A DNA stretch of 64,000 nucleotides from Gaiella sp. (GTDB lineage: Bacteria > Actinomycetota > Thermoleophilia > Gaiellales > Gaiellaceae): assembly GCF_039915195.1 (NCBI RefSeq), contig NZ_JBDSNT010000105.1, forward strand, positions 5,252 through 69,251, in the 5' to 3' direction. The notes under the pieces are model-generated. The model searched no databases, was not told where the DNA came from, and saw only the letters and a program-made list of their open reading frames with translations. The position numbers and the translations under genes are program-made. This document shows, one piece after another, positions 57,960 through 64,000 of the stretch (the first letter of the stretch is position 1; each line of letters begins with the position of its first letter).

Positions 57960-59138
57960 GTGCCGTACTCCCCGAAGAGCGCACTAACCTTGCACCTGCG
58001 CCCGACAGCCGAGCAGAGCGCCCTTCGGGCAGACGCTGCCGCCTTCTGTGCGGGCCTGCGGCCGCTCCTCGAGAGCGAACCGGGGTGGTGGCGGCAGGGG
58101 ATGCTCTCGGACGGTGACTCGGTTGCCGTCAACCGGGCCCTCGGCGAGGCGGGATGGATCGGGATGTCGTGGCCTGTCGACCTCGGTGGCCGGGGGCTCT
58201 CACGGCTGACGGCCACGCTGGTCGAGGAGGTCTTCGGCTACCACTGGCTGCCGCTCTCGTCGTACCTCCTCTCGTACAAGACGATCGGCGCGGCAATCGA
58301 GCGCTTTGGCTCGCCCGAGCTCGTAGAGCAGCTTCTGCCGCCGATCGCGCGCGGTGAGCTCGTGTTCTGCCAGGGCTTCTCGGAGCCGGGCTCCGGAAGC
58401 GATCTCGGCTCCCTGACGACACGGGCGGACCTGCGCGGCGACACCTACGTCGTGAGCGGCCACAAGATCTGGACATCGAGCGCGCAGCTCGCCGACTGGA
58501 TCTACCTCGCGGTGCGCACGGACGCCGATGCAAAGCACCGCGGGATCTCGGTTCTCGTCTGCCCCGTCGACACGCCCGGGATCGAAGTGCGGACGTTCGC
58601 GACGCTCGGTGGCGGCCATCTCTGCGAGACGTTCCTCGACGGCGTCGAGATCCCGGCTGAGAACCTGGTCGGCGAGGTAAACGGGGGCTGGGACATCCTG
58701 ATGCACACGCTCGACTACGAGCGCGTAACGGCGGAGAAGCTCGGCGGATTCGCCTGGGTGCTCGACGCCGTCGAGGAACGGCTGCGCGAGACGGATCGGC
58801 TCGATCGTCCCGCGTCGGACAAGCTCGCCCGGCTGCGGGGCGAGCTACACGCGTCGCGGCTGCTTTCGTTCCGCGCTGCCGACACGCTCGACCGCGGCCT
58901 TCCGGGGAGCGCAACATCGGCGATGGCCAAGCTGTCGGGTGCGCGACTCGCACAGGCAATCGGGGATGCGGCCGTCGACCTGCTTGGCCTCGAGGGGCTC
59001 GGTGACGCTTCGCCGGATGCGGCGGTACAGGGACGCGCGGCCGCGCTCTATCGCGCGTCGGTCGGATCGACGATCGCGGGTGGCACGGCCGAGGTGCAGC
59101 AGCTCGTCATCGCGCGACGAGGACTGGGGCTGCGATGA
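57960..59138 (+). CDS. Acyl-CoA dehydrogenase (full-length subunit)
   Basis: QGFSEPGSGSDL, GHKIWTS, GEVNGGW and IAGGTAEVQ. Start uncertain (TTG 57990 possible). Confidence 0.93.
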   Translation: MPYSPKSALTLHLRPTAEQSALRADAAAFCAGLRPLLESEPGWWRQGMLSDGDSVAVNRALGEAGWIGMSWPVDLGGRGLSRLTATLVEEVFGYHWLPLSSYLLSYKTIGAAIERFGSPELVEQLLPPIARGELVFCQGFSEPGSGSDLGSLTTRADLRGDTYVVSGHKIWTSSAQLADWIYLAVRTDADAKHRGISVLVCPVDTPGIEVRTFATLGGGHLCETFLDGVEIPAENLVGEVNGGWDILMHTLDYERVTAEKLGGFAWVLDAVEERLRETDRLDRPASDKLARLRGELHASRLLSFRAADTLDRGLPGSATSAMAKLSGARLAQAIGDAAVDLLGLEGLGDASPDAAVQGRAAALYRASVGSTIAGGTAEVQQLVIARRGLGLR

Positions 59139-60325
59139 GCTTGCCGCTCGCGGGTGTTCGCGTCGTCGACCTGGCGCAGTATGTCGCCGGCCCACTGGCG
59201 GGGTCGCTCCTCGCTGAGCTCGGGGCCGAGGTGATCAAGGTCGAGCCCCCCGGTGGGGACGCCTACCGGCGGGTGATGCCCGTGGCGGATGGATTCGGCC
59301 GCTTCTTCGTCCCGCTCAACCGCGGCAAGCGATCCGTCGTTCTCGACCTGAAGACGGAGGAGGGGCGGGCCGCGCTCGCAAAGCTCGTCGCCACCGCGGA
59401 TGTGGTCATTCACAACGCGCCCGCAGCGCGCGCGCAGGCGTTCGGCCTCGGGTGGGAGGATCTTCACAGACGCCACCCGGCGCTCGTCGTCGGTGTCGTG
59501 ACGTCGTTCGGTTCCGAAGGCCCGCTCGCGGGCGCGCCCGCGTACGACCTCGTCGCCCAGGGCCACTCAGGCCTCCTGACCTCGCACGCCTCCCAAGGCG
59601 ACCGCGTGCCCGTAAGGGCGGGCGGGATCCCCATGGCGGATCTCACCGCGGGCCATCTGCTTGCCACCGGAGTCACCGCAGCGCTCGTCCGGGCCCGGAC
59701 GACGGGAGAAGGGCAGCTCGTCGAGGTCTCGTTACTCGGGGCTGCACTCGCCGTTCAGATTCAGGATCTCGTCTGGCTCGACGGCGAGGCCGACGGGCCC
59801 GCGAAGGCTGCGACGCGCTCGGATCTCGCCGCCCGCGCCGACGAGATCGCAGGTGGCCTCGCGATGAACCCCTACTACCGCTGCTACGAGGCGACCGACG
59901 GATTCCTTGCGGTCGCCTGCCTCAACGTGCCACAACGGCAGGCATTTCTCGCGCTGTTCGGCCACGAGGACGCGACGATCGCGGCGCCCGACCTCGTTCC
60001 CGACGACCCGGACGCCCTGGAGGAGAAGCAGCGCGTGACGACGGCGATAGAGGTAGCCATGGCGGCGGATTCGGTGGGGTCGTGGATCGCTCGGCTTGCG
60101 GCGGCCGGAGTTCCGGCCGGCCCGGTTCTCGCGCGTGAGTCGGTGCACGCTGACGTCCAGGCGCGTGCGAACGGTCTCGTGCAGGACGTCGAGCAGCCCG
60201 GGCTCGGACGTGTGACAATGCTCGGCGGCGTCTTCAGGGTCGGAGGGATGGCGCCGCCGGCGATCCGTCCGGCTCCGACGCTCGGCGCCGACACCGAGGT
60301 CGTCCTCCGTGAGGTCGGGGCGTGA
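59135..60325 (+). CDS. Class III CoA transferase (CaiB/BaiF)
   Basis: LGAEVIKVEPPGGD, LNRGKRS, catalytic Asp in PMADLTAG and APTLG. Confidence 0.93.
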   Translation: MSLPLAGVRVVDLAQYVAGPLAGSLLAELGAEVIKVEPPGGDAYRRVMPVADGFGRFFVPLNRGKRSVVLDLKTEEGRAALAKLVATADVVIHNAPAARAQAFGLGWEDLHRRHPALVVGVVTSFGSEGPLAGAPAYDLVAQGHSGLLTSHASQGDRVPVRAGGIPMADLTAGHLLATGVTAALVRARTTGEGQLVEVSLLGAALAVQIQDLVWLDGEADGPAKAATRSDLAARADEIAGGLAMNPYYRCYEATDGFLAVACLNVPQRQAFLALFGHEDATIAAPDLVPDDPDALEEKQRVTTAIEVAMAADSVGSWIARLAAAGVPAGPVLARESVHADVQARANGLVQDVEQPGLGRVTMLGGVFRVGGMAPPAIRPAPTLGADTEVVLREVGA

Positions 60326-61104
60326 GGTTCACGATCGAGCCGGAGCTCGAGCTTTTCGCGGAGTCCGTGCGGGGCGCCCTGGCGGGCTGGGAGGCCCCCG
60401 TCGAGCCGGTGTTCGGGGAGTGGCAGGACGATCGCGACGACGCGCTCGGTGCACGACTCGCGGCGATCGGCTGGGGTGAGCTCTGGAGCGACCCCGATCT
60501 CCTCGGGCCTGCCGTGGCGGGTGGGGTCGAGCTCGGTCGGGCGTGTGCGCCCCTGTGTCTCATCGACGAGGCGACGCTTGGCGTCCCGCTCGCGATCGAC
60601 GGTCGAGTGCGGCACGGCGACGGGCGGGCAGAGGGCGGTGATCGCGAGCCTACGCTCGACGGCACGGGCACGCTACGCGGGGTTGCTTCAGCGCCGAGCG
60701 TGCCCTCCGATCCGACGCGGCTTCGTGCCTGGGGTGCCGTCACGCTTGCGTACCTGGCGGGCCTTGCCGACGGTGCCCTCGAGAAGGCAGTCGAGCACGC
60801 GAGGTCGCGGGAGCAGTTCGGGGCGCCGCTTGCCGCGCTGCCGGCGGTGCAGGCCCACCTCGCAGACGCAGCCATGGCCCGCGACGGTCTCCTGCTCTCG
60901 GCGTGGTCGGCCGCCGATCCCGAGACCGGTTTCCCCCGTGACTCGCTCGCCTGGGCAGGGAGCGCGTGTCGCGAGGTGACGGCGCACGTACAGCAGGTGC
61001 ACGGCGGCATCGGGTTCGCACTCGAGGGTGGGGTGCATCGCTACGACCGTCGCGCGAAGACCGTGCAGGTGTGGACCAACGCGCTGCTTCGTGAGCTCAG
61101 CTAG
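60322..61104 (+). CDS. Short acyl-CoA dehydrogenase-like subunit
   Basis: Only the C-terminal motifs are present: SREQFGAPL...QAHLAD and QQVHGGIGF. Middle domain reduced. Confidence 0.82.
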   Translation: MRFTIEPELELFAESVRGALAGWEAPVEPVFGEWQDDRDDALGARLAAIGWGELWSDPDLLGPAVAGGVELGRACAPLCLIDEATLGVPLAIDGRVRHGDGRAEGGDREPTLDGTGTLRGVASAPSVPSDPTRLRAWGAVTLAYLAGLADGALEKAVEHARSREQFGAPLAALPAVQAHLADAAMARDGLLLSAWSAADPETGFPRDSLAWAGSACREVTAHVQQVHGGIGFALEGGVHRYDRRAKTVQVWTNALLRELS

Positions 61105-61191
61105 CCGCCTCGGACCGCTGGGGAGCGATCGTCACACATTCGTCCGAAAGGACATCTGGCGGTGGACGATCGATCACCCTACCGTGGAGGG

Positions 61192-61866
61192 ATGCGTGCC
61201 GCCCTCCTTCTCGCAGACCCTGATCCCGCCCGACCGGGATATCTCGAACGCAACCTGAGCTCGGACGGGTTCGACGTCGTCGAGGCGGGGTGGAGTGCGC
61301 AGGCGCTCGATATCGCCGAGCGCTCGCGGCCGGACATCGTCCTCACGGGTGAGATGGAGCTGTGCGCCCGCCTCCGCGAAGGCGAACCAGGCCGGCGCTG
61401 GGACAGAAACGTCCCCGTGATCGTGCTCACAGCCCCGGGTGCCGACCCTGTCGAGCGCATCCGGGCCTTCGAGTGGGGTGCCGACGACGTCGCGGAACGC
61501 GATCTGTACCCCGAGCTCGTGGCGCGTATTCATGCGCTGCTGCGGCGCGCTGCCGCGGGACAGGCCGATGTGCTCGAGGTCGGTGAGCTGGTCGTCGATC
61601 GGCGGGCGCGGCAGGTGCGAGTGCGTGGCGTCCCGGTCTCGCTCGCAGCCCGTGAATTCGACCTTGCCGTCGGGCTCGCGCGCGATCCACATCGTGTGTT
61701 CACGAAGGAGGAGTTGCTCCGCGATGTCTGGGGATACGGCGGCCGTCTCGTGACGCGCACCGTCGACTCGCACGCCTCACGGCTGCGTCGCAAGCTCTGC
61801 GCAGCGGGGGCGGAGCTGCCCTACGTGATCAACGTATGGGGAAGGGGGTATCGCCTGCTGGAGTAG
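61192..61866 (+). CDS. Atypical OmpR-family response regulator (pseudo-receiver)
   Basis: Intact wHTH (RTVDSHASRLRRKL...NVWGRGY). The receiver lacks the phospho-Asp and the KPF lysine. Confidence 0.85.
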   Translation: MRAALLLADPDPARPGYLERNLSSDGFDVVEAGWSAQALDIAERSRPDIVLTGEMELCARLREGEPGRRWDRNVPVIVLTAPGADPVERIRAFEWGADDVAERDLYPELVARIHALLRRAAAGQADVLEVGELVVDRRARQVRVRGVPVSLAAREFDLAVGLARDPHRVFTKEELLRDVWGYGGRLVTRTVDSHASRLRRKLCAAGAELPYVINVWGRGYRLLE

Positions 61867-61872
61867 CCGGCT

Positions 61873-62667
61873 CTATTTCCGCACCCCGGTCGCGACGATA
61901 TAGCGGCGCTCGACGCTGATCACGTCGCCCGAGCGGTAGCTCTCGAAGAACGCCTCCATCGTCGTGTCCAGCTCGGCGCGACGCTCGGTGTCGAGGGAGT
62001 GCCAGAGCGTGTACGACGGGCCGAAGTTGTCTCGGAAGAACGTCCACATCCCGGTACCGTCCTCGCCTGTCTGCGGAATTTCGAGCTCCTCGAACGTGAG
62101 GTCGAAAGCTCCCCCGAGCGACGATTCGACATACGTCTCGTCGCCCCACTGGAGTGGCGATCCAGCTCCGGGCGGCGGTGTGGGCATGAACGGCGCCATG
62201 GCGCCGAACATCGCGCCGACGCCGCTCTCCTTGCGCCAGGCGGTAAGCCCGACGCGGCCTCCGGGGCGGCAGACGCGGGCGAGCTCGATCGCGACCCGCG
62301 CGTGGTCCGGCGCGAAGATCACGCCGACGGAGGAGGAGACGACGTCGAAGGACGCGTCCGGGTAGGGGAGGTTCTGGCAGTCGGCAACTTCGAGGGTGAG
62401 CTCGAGACCGTACTCCGCTGCCCGGTGCCTGGCCGTCTCGACCAGGGTCGGCGAAAGATCGGATCCGGTGACCGTGGCACCGGCGCGAGCAGCATGGAAG
62501 GCGACATCGCCCACGCCACAGCCCAGGTCGAGCCATCGCTCGCCGGCCACCGGCGCAAGCCGCTCCACGAGCGCCACGTGCATGCCCTCGATCAGATGCG
62601 CGATGTTCTCGAACGGAGCGGAGCCCCACATCACTGCGTGCCGGCTCGTGAGTTCCTCGAACGCCAT
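61873..62667 (-). CDS. Class I SAM-dependent methyltransferase
   Basis: WLDLGCGVG, LPYPDASFDVV and RVCRPGG. SD-like AAAGGTGG before ATG 62667. Confidence 0.92.
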   Translation of the reverse strand: MAFEELTSRHAVMWGSAPFENIAHLIEGMHVALVERLAPVAGERWLDLGCGVGDVAFHAARAGATVTGSDLSPTLVETARHRAAEYGLELTLEVADCQNLPYPDASFDVVSSSVGVIFAPDHARVAIELARVCRPGGRVGLTAWRKESGVGAMFGAMAPFMPTPPPGAGSPLQWGDETYVESSLGGAFDLTFEELEIPQTGEDGTGMWTFFRDNFGPSYTLWHSLDTERRAELDTTMEAFFESYRSGDVISVERRYIVATGVRK

Positions 62668-62764
62668 GCGACCACCTTTCATACCTTGATGCCGAATCTC
62701 ACAGTATTGCGCTCGCTGCTTCGTCGGGCAACATCGCCCGATCGCGCGTCGCTAGCGTGAGCGG

Positions 62765-64000
62765 ATGGAGGCAAGCCATCCGACTGACGCCGCGCACCGC
62801 GTGCGGATCTTGACCCTGTTCGCGACGGCGCTCGGCTCCGCGCTCGCTTTCCTGGACACGACGGTCGTGATCGTGGCGCTCCCCGCGATGGACGACGACA
62901 TCGGGCTCGGGCTCTCTGGCCAGCAATGGGTCTATCTCGCCTATGCGCTGTCCCTTTCGGCCTTCTACCTCGTCGGCGGGGCGATCGGGGATCGCGTGGG
63001 GCTTCGGCACACGTTCATCGTCGGCGTTGTCCTCTTTGCAGTCGCTTCGCTGCTCACCGCGCTCGCGCCGAGCGAGGGCGTGCTGATCGGCGGCCGCGCA
63101 TTGCAGGGGGTCGGCGGCGCCGTCCTCACGACGACGAGCCTCGCGCTCCTTCGTGTCACCTGGGCGGGGCAGGCCGGCCGCGCGATCGGCCTCTGGACGG
63201 CGCTCACGAGCCTCGCCACCGTCGGTGGGCCTCTGCTCGGTGGCGTGATCGTCCAGACCGTCTCATGGCGGTTCGTCTTCCTGATCAACGTTCCGCTGGC
63301 CGTCGTCACAGTCGTGCTCGCCGTTGCCGGACGAGGGGAGGAGGAGAAGGCGACAGGCCGCTCGACGCTCGATCTCGTCGGCTCATCGCTCGTCGCCGTT
63401 GCGCTCGTCGGCATCACCTACGCGCTCGTCGAGCTGCCGGCACGGGGGCTTGCGGCCGTGGCACCGTTTTTCGTCGTGGGCATCGCTGCGTCGATTGGCC
63501 TGATCGTCTGGACTCTGCGTGTAGGCGCTCCCGTGATTCCGCCCTCGCTCCTGCGGATGCCAGGCCTTGCGGCGGCCAACCTCGTCACGCTCGTGATGTA
63601 CGCGGCGCTCGGCGCACACCTGCTCTTTCTCCCCGTCTATCTCCAGTTTCTCGGGTTTTCGCCGACCCTCGCCGGGCTTGTGTTTGTGCCGCCGAGCCTC
63701 GGGTTGGTCCTGCTCGCTCCGCGCTTCGGTCGCTACGCCGACCGCAACGGTCCGCGGGTCCCGATCGCGGTGGGTGCGGCAACGATCGGTGTCGCAGTGT
63801 TGTTGCTGCTCCAGGTCTCGAGTCGTCCGGACGCATGGACGTGGGGCGGCGCAAGTATCTGTCTCGTCGCGATCGGGCTGCCCGCCGTGGTCGCTCCGGT
63901 CACTGCCGCGGCACTCGCTGCGGCGCCCGAGGATCTCGCTGGCGTCGCGGCAGGGCTCAACCAGACGGTCGCACGCGTCGGTGGGATCCTCTCCGTAGCA
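62765..64000 (+). CDS. MFS transporter, DHA2-like (3'-partial)
   Basis: FLDTTVVIVALP, GGAIGDRVGLR motif A and GRALQGVGG. Frame stays open to the window end and is absent from the supplied ORF track. Confidence 0.92.
   Translation, partial: MEASHPTDAAHRVRILTLFATALGSALAFLDTTVVIVALPAMDDDIGLGLSGQQWVYLAYALSLSAFYLVGGAIGDRVGLRHTFIVGVVLFAVASLLTALAPSEGVLIGGRALQGVGGAVLTTTSLALLRVTWAGQAGRAIGLWTALTSLATVGGPLLGGVIVQTVSWRFVFLINVPLAVVTVVLAVAGRGEEEKATGRSTLDLVGSSLVAVALVGITYALVELPARGLAAVAPFFVVGIAASIGLIVWTLRVGAPVIPPSLLRMPGLAAANLVTLVMYAALGAHLLFLPVYLQFLGFSPTLAGLVFVPPSLGLVLLAPRFGRYADRNGPRVPIAVGAATIGVAVLLLLQVSSRPDAWTWGGASICLVAIGLPAVVAPVTAAALAAAPEDLAGVAAGLNQTVARVGGILSVA

Overview
This is a GC-rich, gene-dense bacterial chromosome window. 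Gene content and protein style suggest a deep-branching actinobacterium (Thermoleophilia/Gaiellales-like); that is an inference and was not database-checked. It holds about 60 CDS. Housekeeping genes: ruvB (partial), recJ, relA, phosphomannomutase, ppk2, an endonuclease IV-like gene, ccmE-ccmF-ccmI-like, an M23 peptidase, hpt, queG, queA-tgt-yajC-secDF, gabD, a thiolase and a two-component system. It also has a peptidase/deacetylase/oligopeptide-ABC cluster and an acyl-CoA dehydrogenase/CoA-transferase operon. I saw no rRNA, tRNA, CRISPR array, transposase or integrase. The most notable observations are: (1) a coupled metallophosphoesterase-cpgS-pgk2 operon, i.e. the archaeal-type cyclic 2,3-diphosphoglycerate pathway plus a candidate hydrolase; (2) a fused PafBC (double WYL) regulator, and a CGTCCG-N10-TANNNT promoter motif upstream of recJ, a nuclease-like gene and a small gene, which resembles the mycobacterial PafBC motif TGTCGG-N10-TANNNT; (3) a structured intergenic repeat family with two tandem copies after relA and a diverged copy at 55.8 kb; (4) a nuclease-like gene coupled to an hpt that has no canonical start codon; (5) a Cys-rich 10-codon uORF coupled to queG; (6) at least 24 genes with a -10 hexamer 6-8 nt before the start codon, suggesting pervasive leaderless transcription. 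Several starts were shortened relative to the supplied ORF track on that basis. All functional calls rest on recognised motifs, not database searches.
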